From: Candidatus Woesearchaeota archaeon
GTDB lineage: Archaea; Nanobdellota; Nanobdellia; Pacearchaeales; GW2011-AR1
NCBI GenBank assembly: GCA_964578845.1
Contig: CAZOEF010000001.1
Location: 276,820 to 340,819, forward strand
Direction of reading: 5' to 3'
Length of the DNA stretch: 64,000 bases
Shown: positions 1 through 9,400 of the stretch, piece by piece
Layout: each line of letters starts with the position of its first letter
Numbering within the stretch: position 1 is the stretch's first letter
Position numbers and translations under genes: made by a program
The notes under the pieces: generated by a model
Databases searched by the model: none
What the model was told of the DNA's origin: nothing
The model's input: the letters and a program-made list of their open reading frames with translations, nothing else

Positions 1-414
1 CTGCTGTTCGGCAGGGCGATTATCAAAATTGTAGTGGACTTCATCAATCGCTTTTCTTAACCTATCTTCTGTATAAGGGCGGCCATGCTGATCAACAGCA
101 TTCCTTAAAATCAAATTGATCACCTGCTTTACTTTAGCCTCTCTTTCTGCATCCCTATATTCCTGGGGCTTCTGCACTTCGCCGTCTTTGATTATTTTCT
201 CTGCGATCACATAAATATCAGTTGTCCCAAAAGCCGCCTCAAGATCGTAATTAGCAGCAGCTGTACCTTTCTTGATATCGTAATAAATAGCGTTAGAATT
301 CAATGCCGCAGAGATATTCCCTTCTCCTTTTCTGACTTTTAAGGCCTCATCTATGTCCACAGAGATTTCATATTGTTTTCCTTTTACTTTAATCCTGGCT
401 TCAACATTTGGCAT
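1..414 (-). CDS. sdo1: SBDS/Sdo1-family ribosome maturation protein, N-terminal 138 codons (gene runs off the left edge)
   Basis: Not in the ORF track because it is edge-truncated. My translation from the ATG at 414-412 reads MPNVEARIKVKGKQYEISVDIDEALKVRKGEGNISAALNSNAIYYDIKKGTAAANYDLEAAFGTTDIYVIAEKIIKDGEVQ..., which fits the SBDS N-terminal domain pattern. Its position beside psmA matches the archaeal exosome/proteasome superoperon. Confidence 0.7.
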   Translation of the reverse strand, partial: MPNVEARIKVKGKQYEISVDIDEALKVRKGEGNISAALNSNAIYYDIKKGTAAANYDLEAAFGTTDIYVIAEKIIKDGEVQKPQEYRDAEREAKVKQVINLILRNAVDQHGRPYTEDRLRKAIDEVHYNFDNRPAEQQ

Positions 415-500
415 GTTAACAGGAAAAGAATTAGTTATATAAAGATTTGCTTAGCAAACCTTAGTACCCTCGCTCATCTTTGCACTCACTAGTTTAAGCA

Positions 501-794
501 TTATTTTCCTCTTCCTAATTGCACAACATAAGAATTTCCATTCAATGAGATATGGGCAGATTCAATAGTTATCCTGTAAAGGGAAGCGCCGGGGTTGTCA
601 TTAGCTCTTGCGAGAACATTGACTTCTTCTATAGAATGGTGTATGCTTGCAGGCCTGACGTAAGTTATTCCTCCCTCTTCCTCAAGAATTATGTCATCTC
701 CCTTAATAGAAAAGTGATCGCTAAGTTCATTATATCTTCTCTTAAGAGATATCAATTCTCTCTTATTCCTGACAACGAATTTAGCTCTTGCCAT
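501..794 (-). CDS. hypothetical 97-aa protein between psmA and sdo1
   Basis: ORF track. Co-directional and tightly packed between two conserved genes. No motif recognised. Confidence 0.4.
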   Translation of the reverse strand: MARAKFVVRNKRELISLKRRYNELSDHFSIKGDDIILEEEGGITYVRPASIHHSIEEVNVLARANDNPGASLYRITIESAHISLNGNSYVVQLGRGK

Positions 795-840
795 AAAAAG
801 ACAAAAGTATCAAACTTAAAATTAGATAGCAGTAGAAATT

Positions 841-1566
841 TTACTTCGTATACTTCTTAAGCGCATCACCGTGCAATCTCACGAGCTTAGGATTATCTAA
901 TTTGACATAACCTACATCAAACCTACTTAAATCAAAGTTCTTCTGCATCATTTCCTTGAATATCTTTAATGAGAATTTTATGCCTTCATCGATAGTCATA
1001 TTGGTATTGAAGTCCCTTCTCAATATCTCCTTGATCTGCTCGTCATTCTCTCCGATTGCATTTGCCCGATAAGCATAATAATTTCCTGCTACATCAGATG
1101 TATAAAGATGGCACTTATTCTTGCTCACTCCTGCGACCATCACTGAAGCTGCAAATGGCCTGACTCCTCCGTATTGAGTAGCTACCTGTTTCTTGTCAGC
1201 TATCATCTTTATGACGCTGATAACATCGATGGGAGAATTATAGCTTACCCTGTGCTGCTGTGATGTCAATTGCGCCTCATCAATAAGTATTCTTGCATCA
1301 GACAAAATTCCAGAAGCTGCTGCAACAATATGCTCATCTATCTCCTGGACCTTGTTCGCTGATTCAGGGGCAATCAAGTTATCCCTTATTCTTCTGTCAG
1401 CTATTATAACAACTCCATCTTTGCATACTAAACCTATACTGGCGCTTCCTAGCCTGATAGTCTTCTCTGCATATTCCACCTGAAGCAAATGACCGTCGGG
1501 GGAGAACATAGTCGCTGCTCTATCATAACCCATTGCCTGGTGCTGCATTTCTGTTGGCATTTCCAT
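841..1566 (-). CDS. psmA: proteasome subunit alpha
   Basis: The N-terminus GYDRAATMFSPDGHLLQVEYAEKTI is the classic 20S alpha signature. The length of about 240 aa also fits. Confidence 0.95.
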   Translation of the reverse strand: MEMPTEMQHQAMGYDRAATMFSPDGHLLQVEYAEKTIRLGSASIGLVCKDGVVIIADRRIRDNLIAPESANKVQEIDEHIVAAASGILSDARILIDEAQLTSQQHRVSYNSPIDVISVIKMIADKKQVATQYGGVRPFAASVMVAGVSKNKCHLYTSDVAGNYYAYRANAIGENDEQIKEILRRDFNTNMTIDEGIKFSLKIFKEMMQKNFDLSRFDVGYVKLDNPKLVRLHGDALKKYTK

Positions 1567-1642
1567 ATTCTTTTTAACTCCTTCAAAGATTGAGATACCA
1601 CTCCTTAAATATTTGTCTATTTAAGTTTTATGTTAATAGGGT

Positions 1643-2152
1643 TTACTTCGGGCACTCTCCTGTGGTCCAGTAGAGAACGTCTTCATTTAGGCAAGAGAAA
1701 CAGCTATTGCTGAATGTCTGGGCGCAGGGATATCTTATGCATTGCACTTTATCAGCATCAAACCAGCCGCAGACAGGCTGATATATCTCTATGCAAGCAT
1801 CAGCGTTCCTGCTTTCAGCAGTGCAGAAATGCTCGCTTGAACTAGAATCGATGGCTTCACAGCCGCACCCTGCCTCGTCAAAAAAGGGTGCTGTTCCAGA
1901 GGCACATAGGAAATTGATAACTTTACATTGGTCAACATCTGTGCTAATATATCTTTTCGAATCGTTTTCTACAGGAGGGCACGGATCGAACTCGCAACTG
2001 TTTGAGGAATTTCTTCCGACAGCACTTCCGTCAGGGCATATTTTAGCCTCCAATGTGCACGCAACTCCGCCAGGAGGATTAAGATAAAAGATTATAACTA
2101 ATATCAGTGCCAAAGATGCCAGCAAGGCTGCTAAAAATATTGACTTATTCAT
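1643..2152 (-). CDS. membrane-anchored/secreted Cys-rich protein with a C-terminal Kazal-like inhibitor domain
   Basis: N-terminal hydrophobic helix and 16 Cys. The C-terminus FCTAESRNADACIEIYQPVCG...TFSNSCFSCLNEDVLYWTTGEC follows the Kazal pattern C-x-C-x-Y-x-P-V-C-G...N-x-C-x2-C...G-x-C. ATGA start/stop overlap with pop5. Confidence 0.7.
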   Translation of the reverse strand: MNKSIFLAALLASLALILVIIFYLNPPGGVACTLEAKICPDGSAVGRNSSNSCEFDPCPPVENDSKRYISTDVDQCKVINFLCASGTAPFFDEAGCGCEAIDSSSSEHFCTAESRNADACIEIYQPVCGWFDADKVQCIRYPCAQTFSNSCFSCLNEDVLYWTTGECPK

Positions 2153-2418
2153 TTTTGTAGGCCTTTAAGAGTGCCTGATACTTTTAAAACTTTTATCTCG
2201 TCGGAAGTTATTGCGAAGGCACCCCTTATTTTATCTATTTCCTTCCTGTTCACTGCCAATATATAATTAGATTTGGACTTTTTTACAAAGAATGGATTAG
2301 CTTTCGTCCAGCCAAGTATTCCTATATAGTCAAGAATAGCTTTTTCTATCTTGTCTTTTTCTCCTTTCAAAAGCAGATATCTTTTGCTTTCCCTTGCGGA
2401 TGGCTTTAATTTCAACAT
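2149..2418 (-). CDS. rnp2: RNase P protein component 2 (Pop5 homologue)
   Basis: LKPSARESKRYLLL..., GILGWTKANPFFVK... and LKVSGTLKGLQK align by eye with archaeal Pop5 (PTLRxxKRYIAF ... GVSGTIKRLK). Location upstream of psmA is as in other archaea. Confidence 0.85.
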   Translation of the reverse strand: MLKLKPSARESKRYLLLKGEKDKIEKAILDYIGILGWTKANPFFVKKSKSNYILAVNRKEIDKIRGAFAITSDEIKVLKVSGTLKGLQK

Positions 2419-2419
2419 C

Positions 2420-3292
2420 TTAGATCAATTCTTTTTGTATTATCGAATTGATGATTTCCTTGATGACTCTGCTCTCTAGAGCGAATCCAAGGCTTTCAGC
2501 ATTGCCTACTTTGAAGTTGTTGATCCCTATGACTTTTCCGTCTGTATTTATTAATGGCCCTCCTGAGTTTCCAGGATTGAGTGTGACATCAGTCTGTATG
2601 TAGGCATTCATCCCGTTCGGGCCCTGCCTGTCAGTTGCAGAGACAATGCCTTCTGTCACAGTGAAAGATAACCCTAATGGATTCCCTATTGCTATCACTT
2701 TCTCACCTATTGTGACATCATTAGATTCAGCCAGCTCTAATGGAATGAATGATGCCTCAACCTTGAGCAAAGCCAGGTCAGTTGTAGGATCAGAGCCTAT
2801 CACCTGTGCATCATAAATGCTTCCGTCGAACACCTGTACGCGGACAAATTCTGCATTTGCAATAACATGATAATTAGTAACTATATATCCGTCGGAAGTT
2901 ATTGCGAAACCAGTTCCTCCGGACCTGTCAGTTGTAATGCTAACCACTCCACGAATCACATTTTCAATAACTCCTGAGAAGTCCTGCTTGCTCGCCTTCA
3001 AAAGATCTATCTGTGATTGAATAGTATTCTCCTGTTGGGCAAGCTGTCTTGTAATAGTATTTATGCTGAACTGGGTTTCCTGTCTGGTGTCACTTAAGTC
3101 CCCTCTGATCAATGTTATCTGGCCACCTAAAGCGTCTTCAAGCGCGTCCTGCTGCAAAGTCAGGCGAGTTATCTGTGAAGATACTGAAATAAATGTGACA
3201 ATCTGCAAGATAAGGAGCAACATGACTATTGCATAAAGGACCTTCCTATGGTTCTTTAGCTTTTTGATATGGTAATGGGGATCGTGATCCAT
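2420..3292 (-). CDS. membrane-anchored trypsin-like (S1C/HtrA-like) serine protease without a PDZ domain
   Basis: N-terminal TM helix plus coiled coil. Catalytic triad contexts are TNYHVI, DLALLKV and GNSGGPLIN. Confidence 0.85.
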   Translation of the reverse strand: MDHDPHYHIKKLKNHRKVLYAIVMLLLILQIVTFISVSSQITRLTLQQDALEDALGGQITLIRGDLSDTRQETQFSINTITRQLAQQENTIQSQIDLLKASKQDFSGVIENVIRGVVSITTDRSGGTGFAITSDGYIVTNYHVIANAEFVRVQVFDGSIYDAQVIGSDPTTDLALLKVEASFIPLELAESNDVTIGEKVIAIGNPLGLSFTVTEGIVSATDRQGPNGMNAYIQTDVTLNPGNSGGPLINTDGKVIGINNFKVGNAESLGFALESRVIKEIINSIIQKELI

Positions 3293-3362
3293 TAGTAGAA
3301 TTAAGAAACTCCATATTTATAGTTTGCTAACTTATTTAAATTGATATTTCCTGTAAAACAAA

Positions 3363-4703
3363 ATGTTAAACATACATACTATTGGCGGTTATGATGAAGT
3401 AGGAAAGAATATGACTGCCATAGATACTGGTGATGATGTAATCCTATTCGACGCCGGACTGTATTTGCCTGCTATAGTCGGAGTACAGGAAAGGGAAAAA
3501 ATACCTACAGAGAAAGGAATGCGGGGATTAGGAGCATTACCTAATGATTTGTACCTGGACCAAAAAGGGCTAAGGGATAAAGTAAGGGCGATATTGGTAA
3601 GCCATGCGCACCTTGACCACGTTGGAGCTATACAATATTTGGGGAATCGATATAAGAAAGCAGATGTGGCAGGAACTCCTTTCACTATGGAAGTTCTCAA
3701 AAAATTGATTGAAGACAATAATGCCGGCATCCCTAATAAAATAGTCCCTATCAACCCTAACGGCACTTACACGATTAAAGGAAAACAGAATTACAAAGTA
3801 GAGTTCATCAACATGACCCACTCTACTATACAATCGACAATGGTGGCAGTGCATACAAAAGACGGAATTATCCTTTATGCTAATGACTACAAATTCGATA
3901 ATTCTCCAGTTCTTGGAGAAAGGCCTAATTATAAACGCCTTAAGGAGCTTTCAAAGATTGGAATAAAGGCTTTAGTTGCGGACTGCCTTTATGCCCCTGA
4001 CGACAGGAAAACTCCCTCTGAGAAAATTGCAAGAGGATTATTGGAAGACGTTTTGTTCACGACTGAGAACCATAATTCAGGTTTAGTGATAACTACTTTT
4101 TCTTCGCATATTGCAAGACTGAAATCAATAACTGAATTCGGCAACAGGCTTGGAAGAAAAGTAGTCTTTGTCGGGAGAAGCCTGAACAAATACACTCAGG
4201 CAGCGATAAAAGTCGGACAGGCCCCTTTCAAGGACCAGATCTACATAGCTTCATACAGAAAACAGATGGAGAAGATCCTGAAAAAGGCAAGTGCTAATAA
4301 GAAAGATTACCTCATCGTCTGCACAGGCCACCAAGGAGAGCCAGGATCAATATTAGACAGGATATCCAGAAGGCAATTACCCTATAGACTAGAACAGAAT
4401 GACCATATAATATTTTCTTCCAAAACAATTCCTACCCCTGAGAATTTCAAGTCAAGAGCAGAACTTGAAGTAAGGCTTAAGAAATTCAAGCCTCGAATAT
4501 TCGATAATGTACACGTCTCAGGACATGGAGGAAGAGAGGATTTAAGGGATTTATTAAGCCTGACGCAGCCAGAACATTTCATTCCTTCCCATGGCGAATT
4601 TGAGAAGAGAAAGGCTGGAGAGGACTTAGCTATAGAGATGGGCTACAAAAAGAATTATAATGTTCATATGCTTGGCAATGGAAAGAAACTGGTGCTGAAA
4701 TGA
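3363..4703 (+). CDS. rnj: archaeal RNase J (metallo-beta-lactamase/beta-CASP ribonuclease)
   Basis: N-terminus IHTIGGYDEVGKNMTAIDTGDDVILFDAGL, the HAHLDHVGA motif, and about 446 aa with no KH domains. Confidence 0.8.
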   Translation: MLNIHTIGGYDEVGKNMTAIDTGDDVILFDAGLYLPAIVGVQEREKIPTEKGMRGLGALPNDLYLDQKGLRDKVRAILVSHAHLDHVGAIQYLGNRYKKADVAGTPFTMEVLKKLIEDNNAGIPNKIVPINPNGTYTIKGKQNYKVEFINMTHSTIQSTMVAVHTKDGIILYANDYKFDNSPVLGERPNYKRLKELSKIGIKALVADCLYAPDDRKTPSEKIARGLLEDVLFTTENHNSGLVITTFSSHIARLKSITEFGNRLGRKVVFVGRSLNKYTQAAIKVGQAPFKDQIYIASYRKQMEKILKKASANKKDYLIVCTGHQGEPGSILDRISRRQLPYRLEQNDHIIFSSKTIPTPENFKSRAELEVRLKKFKPRIFDNVHVSGHGGREDLRDLLSLTQPEHFIPSHGEFEKRKAGEDLAIEMGYKKNYNVHMLGNGKKLVLK

Positions 4704-5077
4704 GGGATGATATTATCGGCGGGCTGAAAAATGCCATTGAAAGAGGAGAGTCCATAGAAAACGCTATCCAGAGCTTTATTTCTGCAGGCTATCCTGAGAA
4801 TGAAGTAAGGCAGGCAGCAAGAGGGCTGACTGTAGATAGCGCATTATCTGATGCTGGACAGAGCTCTAAACCAGTAGATAATGTTCCTGCCGCACCTAAA
4901 TCCCCTGAAACAGGAATTGGACAAATACAGAAGCTTCCAAAGCCTAAGCTAGTGCAGGAACAGAAGCAAGGAGTAGGAGCAAAAACAATAATTATATTTT
5001 CAGCAATTTTAGTTGCATTAGTAATATTGCTTGTGTTGACAATAGTATTCAGAGAGAAAATAGCAGGATTGTTCTAA
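4700..5077 (+). CDS. hypothetical tail-anchored membrane protein
   Basis: ATGA overlap with rnj. Small helical N-domain, Pro/Lys-rich linker, single C-terminal TM helix (IIIFSAILVALVILLVLTIVF). Confidence 0.55.
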   Translation: MRDDIIGGLKNAIERGESIENAIQSFISAGYPENEVRQAARGLTVDSALSDAGQSSKPVDNVPAAPKSPETGIGQIQKLPKPKLVQEQKQGVGAKTIIIFSAILVALVILLVLTIVFREKIAGLF

Positions 5078-5604
5078 TGATATATGAACCAGCAGAAGAT
5101 TCTTATCTTCTGGAAAAAGAAGTGGAAAGATTTTCCAAAGGAAAATCGTTCCTAGATATGGGGAGCGGATCAGGCATACAGTCCTTGGCCGCAAAAAAAG
5201 CAGGGGCTAAATCAATATTGGCAGTTGATGTGAATCCAGAGGTTATTTCATACTTAAAGAAAAATAAAATCCCTTGCCAGCAATCAGATTTATTTGAAAA
5301 AATCAATGGGGAATTTGATTTAATCGCGTTTAATCCTCCTTACCTTCCTGAAGATGAGAGAGAAGACTCAGAGTCTAGGATTATAACTTCTGGCGGGAAA
5401 AAAGGAGACGAAATAATATTAAGATTTTTAGAACAGGCTGTTAAACATCTGGAGAAAAATGGAATAATATTATTGCTTGTTTCTTCCTTGACTCCTCAAA
5501 AAAAGATAGGCGCCTTATTGAAGAAACTGAGACTAAGGAAAAAGATTATTGCAGAAGAAAAATTATTTATGGAAGAGCTGGAAGTGTGGAAGATCTCAGG
5601 ATGA
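5077..5604 (+). CDS. HemK-related / Mtq2-like N5-glutamine methyltransferase
   Basis: YEPAEDSYLL N-terminus, SAM-binding DMGSGSG motif, NPPY motif (FNPPYLP). Confidence 0.8.
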   Translation: MIYEPAEDSYLLEKEVERFSKGKSFLDMGSGSGIQSLAAKKAGAKSILAVDVNPEVISYLKKNKIPCQQSDLFEKINGEFDLIAFNPPYLPEDEREDSESRIITSGGKKGDEIILRFLEQAVKHLEKNGIILLLVSSLTPQKKIGALLKKLRLRKKIIAEEKLFMEELEVWKISG

Positions 5605-5673
5605 GAACGTTTAATCCTTTCCCTAAACAAAACCACAACAATCTATATATAACTGAGAGAAACTTTTCTCTTT

Positions 5674-6837
5674 ATGAAATTCGCTCATCTTGGCGACTGC
5701 CATCTTGGGGGCTGGAGGCAGCCGGAGCTGCAGGCTTTGAATCTTGAATCTTTCAGATACGCTGTCCAGACCTGCATAAAGGAGAAGGTTGACTTTATAC
5801 TAATAGCAGGAGATCTATTTGACTCAGCCTACCCTCCAATAGACACGATAAAAGAGACTTTCAATGAATTCAGGAAGATAAAGGAGGCAGGAATCCCTGT
5901 CTTTCTGATAGCAGGAAGCCATGATTATTCTGTTTCAGGAAAAAGTTTTTTAGATGTTTTAGACAAAGCAGGCTTTGCAAAGAATGTTTTCCAGTCTGAA
6001 GAGAAAAATGATGAGATCATCCTATACCCTACTGTCTATAGAGGAGTCGCTATTTACGGATATCCTGGAAGAAAATCTGGCCTTGAAGTGGCTGATGTAG
6101 AAAGAATAAAAATACAGGATGCGCCAGGGCTATTCAAGATATTGATGCTTCATACGACAATGAGGGATGCAATAGGAAATCTTCCGATTCCTGCTGTGAA
6201 CCAGGACAGGCTTCCTAAAGTAGACTATGTTGCACTAGCCCACCTGCACTTAAGATATCAAAAAGAGAACAGGATTTATTGCGGCCCTACATTCCCTAAT
6301 AACCTTTCAGAACTTGAAGACTTGCAGGGAGGGTCATTCTACATAATAGACACTGCTGAGAAAGCCAAGAAATATGAGATAAATCTCAAGGAATTAGTTA
6401 CATTAGATCTTGAAATAATCGACTCACATAATGCTGTTGATAATATAATTGAAGAATTAAAGAAATATTCATTAAGAGATAAGATACTCATACTTAAACT
6501 CAAGGGAATATTAGAAACAGGCAAGATTTCGGATATAGATTTCAACAAAGTGGAAAATTTTGCAAAAGAGCAAGGAGCGTATGTTTTCCTGAAAAACACT
6601 TCCAGGCTGCAATCCCCAGAGCCTGAGATGAAACTGGAACTGAAATCTGACAATGTTGAAGAAGAAATAATTGAAAAATTCCAAAGGGATAACCCTAGCA
6701 GATTCAATCATTTGATACCTCATCTTTTCTCAAGCCTGCAGATGGAAAAGAAAGAGGACGAAGTTTCAAAGATATTCGAGGAGAGATTGATATCAGAATC
6801 AAACAAGGTGATTGAAAATGCGATTGAAGCGAATTAA
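5674..6837 (+). CDS. mre11: DNA double-strand break repair nuclease Mre11
   Basis: Phosphoesterase motifs HLGDCHLG, AGDLFD, AGSHD and LAHLH. Overlaps rad50 by 26 nt. Confidence 0.9.
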   Translation: MKFAHLGDCHLGGWRQPELQALNLESFRYAVQTCIKEKVDFILIAGDLFDSAYPPIDTIKETFNEFRKIKEAGIPVFLIAGSHDYSVSGKSFLDVLDKAGFAKNVFQSEEKNDEIILYPTVYRGVAIYGYPGRKSGLEVADVERIKIQDAPGLFKILMLHTTMRDAIGNLPIPAVNQDRLPKVDYVALAHLHLRYQKENRIYCGPTFPNNLSELEDLQGGSFYIIDTAEKAKKYEINLKELVTLDLEIIDSHNAVDNIIEELKKYSLRDKILILKLKGILETGKISDIDFNKVENFAKEQGAYVFLKNTSRLQSPEPEMKLELKSDNVEEEIIEKFQRDNPSRFNHLIPHLFSSLQMEKKEDEVSKIFEERLISESNKVIENAIEAN

Positions 6838-8899
6838 GCTGAAGAATATAAGGAGCTATGAGGAACAGGAAATAAACTTTCCAGATGGATCGATCTTATT
6901 ATCAGGGGATATAGGCTCAGGAAAAACATCCATACTTTTAGCTGTGGAATATGCATTGTTCGGGCTGCAGCCAGGGCAAAGGGGAGCATCGCTGCTGTCA
7001 AATGGAAAGGACAATGGTGAAGTTGTGCTGGACTTTGAAATAGATGGCAGGAATGTTAGTGTTGAAAGAGGGCTAAAAAGAAATAGCGCTTCTATAAATC
7101 AGGATTATGCAGCGATAACTATAGACGGGGAGAGGATAGAGTCATCAGTCACTGAGATAAAGACTAGGATACTGGAATTATTGAACTATCCTCCTGAATT
7201 CATCAAAAAGACAAACCTTCTTTACAGGTATACAGTCTATACTCCGCAAGAGCTTATGAAACAGATAATCCTTGAGGATTCGGAATCGAGGCTGAATATC
7301 CTAAGGCATATCTTTGGGATAGAGAAATACAAGAGGATAAAAGAGAACCTTTCAGTCATAACACTTAAGCTTAGAGAGAAGTCAAAGCTGCTTCAGGTAG
7401 AGATAAGGGATCTTGATGAGTCTAAGAACAACCTTCAGTCAAGCATCAAGTTCGTGGAATTGCTGGCAGAAAAAATAGAATCAAAGTCCAAAGATATCTG
7501 CAAGCTTAAAGAAGAAAGGAAGAAAGTTGAAGAGGACATAAACGAAATAGAGCAACGTGTTAAAGAAAAGGACAATTTCTCAAAAGAAATAGAAAAGACA
7601 AAGATAATGCTGGTCAACAAAGTAGAGAGGCTTTCATCTGAAGACCACTCAATAAAGGAGATTGAAAAGAATCTTGAGAATTTCAAGGATAATTTTGATG
7701 AAAATGAAATTAAAGATCTTGAAACCTCAATAAAACATAAAGAAATAGGCATAGAGGAGCTGAACAATAATTACATCTCGATATCATCAAGGATAAACTC
7801 TATAAACTTGCTAAAGCAAGAAGACCTTGAGAGAAAAAATAGAATTTTCAAGATAGATATCTGTCCTGTATGCCTGCAGAATGTTTCTGATAATCATAAG
7901 CATAATATCCTGAATGCTGCGGAAACTACCATAAAAAGGCTTGAAAGAGAGGAAAAAGATCTTGCGGAACAATTGGGTGAGATAATCAAATTGCTCAACA
8001 GGGAAAAATCAGAAATGTCTGAATTGAAAAAAAGGAAATCATCTATGGAGATATTGAAGATCAGGACAGATGAATTAGCTTACCAGAAAGAAAAATTAAA
8101 CATGTTAAACAAGTCCAAAGAAAGCCTTGTGAAGGACATTGAATTCCTTGAAAAGCACATTGACTCCCTGAAACAATCCACTCTTGAGTTCACTAAATAT
8201 GATAACATAATGAGAATAAAACAGGACGAACTGAAAAAAGCCTTTGTCAACGAAAAAAACGCTGAGATAGAATTGGCAGAACTCAAGAAAGAAGCAGAGC
8301 TTACAGAAAAAGAGATTGTACAGATTGAAAACAAGGTAAACAAGATTGAGAGGACGCGCGAGCAGCTTATCAGGATAATAGAGATTGAAAGATGGCTATC
8401 TAATGATTTCCTGAACTTAGTGAATTTCACAGAGAATAATATATTATTGACCTTGAGAAATGAGTTCTCCAAACTTTTCAATAAGTGGTTCTCTATGCTC
8501 ACGACAGACTCCTTCCACGTCAGGCTCGACGAGAATTTCACTCCCATAATAAACCAGGGAGAATTCGAAATAGATTATTCATTCCTGTCTGGGGGGGAAA
8601 GGACTGCTGTGGCTTTAGCCTATAGACTAGCGCTTAACCAAATACTCAATTCAATGCTGAGCAAGATAAAAACACAGGATCTAGTGATCTTAGACGAGCC
8701 TACTGATGGTTTTTCTGACCAGCAATTAGACAAAGTAAGGGATATATTGCAGGAGCTTAATGTGAAGCAGCTGATCTTAGTCTCACATGAGCAAAAAATA
8801 GAGGGTTTTGTCGAGAACGTGATCAAACTGAAGAAAGAAGCGAGCTCTTCCAGAATACAAGAGAATCATATTGAGAAAGTCAACCAGGTTCATAAATAA
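6812..8899 (+). CDS. rad50: DNA double-strand break repair ATPase Rad50 (short, 695 aa)
   Basis: Walker A GDIGSGKTS, long K/E coiled coils, mid-molecule zinc hook CPVC, signature LSGGERTAVALA, Walker B LVILDEPT. Confidence 0.9.
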   Translation: MKMRLKRIKLKNIRSYEEQEINFPDGSILLSGDIGSGKTSILLAVEYALFGLQPGQRGASLLSNGKDNGEVVLDFEIDGRNVSVERGLKRNSASINQDYAAITIDGERIESSVTEIKTRILELLNYPPEFIKKTNLLYRYTVYTPQELMKQIILEDSESRLNILRHIFGIEKYKRIKENLSVITLKLREKSKLLQVEIRDLDESKNNLQSSIKFVELLAEKIESKSKDICKLKEERKKVEEDINEIEQRVKEKDNFSKEIEKTKIMLVNKVERLSSEDHSIKEIEKNLENFKDNFDENEIKDLETSIKHKEIGIEELNNNYISISSRINSINLLKQEDLERKNRIFKIDICPVCLQNVSDNHKHNILNAAETTIKRLEREEKDLAEQLGEIIKLLNREKSEMSELKKRKSSMEILKIRTDELAYQKEKLNMLNKSKESLVKDIEFLEKHIDSLKQSTLEFTKYDNIMRIKQDELKKAFVNEKNAEIELAELKKEAELTEKEIVQIENKVNKIERTREQLIRIIEIERWLSNDFLNLVNFTENNILLTLRNEFSKLFNKWFSMLTTDSFHVRLDENFTPIINQGEFEIDYSFLSGGERTAVALAYRLALNQILNSMLSKIKTQDLVILDEPTDGFSDQQLDKVRDILQELNVKQLILVSHEQKIEGFVENVIKLKKEASSSRIQENHIEKVNQVHK

Positions 8900-9341
8900 G
8901 GAGTTTGATGATGAGGGCAGGCCTTTTTGCTTAATACCTAGCTGCAAAGAGGTCTGTAAACAATATAAAAACGGGAATTACCAGAATTATTGCGCTAATC
9001 ATACTTGGAGGCAGATGAAGCAGCATACTAGTTGGAGGGTGCTGAGGAATAAGGTTTTACGAAGGGACAAATATCAGTGTATTAAATGCGGAGATAACCG
9101 GAAAAAGATAATGGTTCCTGTCAAAGCAAAAGAAGCTGAGTACATCTTGCCAGGCAGCTTCGGAAGAGTGAAATATAAAGTCAGCAGGAAAAGGAGACTT
9201 ATAACCAATCTTGAGGCAGACCATATAAAAGAAATCTCTGATGGCGGAGACCAATGGAATATTGATAATATCCAGACTCTCTGTTATAAGTGCCATAAAG
9301 AGAAGACTGTATTATTCAATAGTCGGCCACGCAACAACTAA
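8871..9341 (+). CDS. HNH endonuclease with a Cys-rich N-terminal region
   Basis: EADHIKEISDGGDQWNIDNIQTLCYKCHKEKT is an HNH motif. The start lies 29 nt inside the rad50 3' end. Confidence 0.8.
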   Translation: MRKSTRFINKEFDDEGRPFCLIPSCKEVCKQYKNGNYQNYCANHTWRQMKQHTSWRVLRNKVLRRDKYQCIKCGDNRKKIMVPVKAKEAEYILPGSFGRVKYKVSRKRRLITNLEADHIKEISDGGDQWNIDNIQTLCYKCHKEKTVLFNSRPRNN

Positions 9342-9400
9342 ATATAGAAAAACTTAAAAACTCCTCTAAATAAGAAAATGTAGAGGTTCTTACTTCTAAA

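Noticed and set aside
3389-3854. Antisense ORFs (125 aa and 94 aa) inside the RNase J gene. Similar shadow ORFs occur in many other genes (for example 9562-9798, 13410-13901 and 38853-39245).
   Set aside because: In every case the opposite frame carries recognisable conserved motifs. The shadow translations have no motif and show biased composition.
8080-8547. Long antisense ORFs inside rad50 (also 7435-7767 and 8620-8826) and inside mre11 (6339-6707).
   Set aside because: The Ser/Leu/Phe-rich translations are the expected complement of Lys/Glu-rich coiled-coil codons. The sense frames carry the Rad50 and Mre11 motifs.
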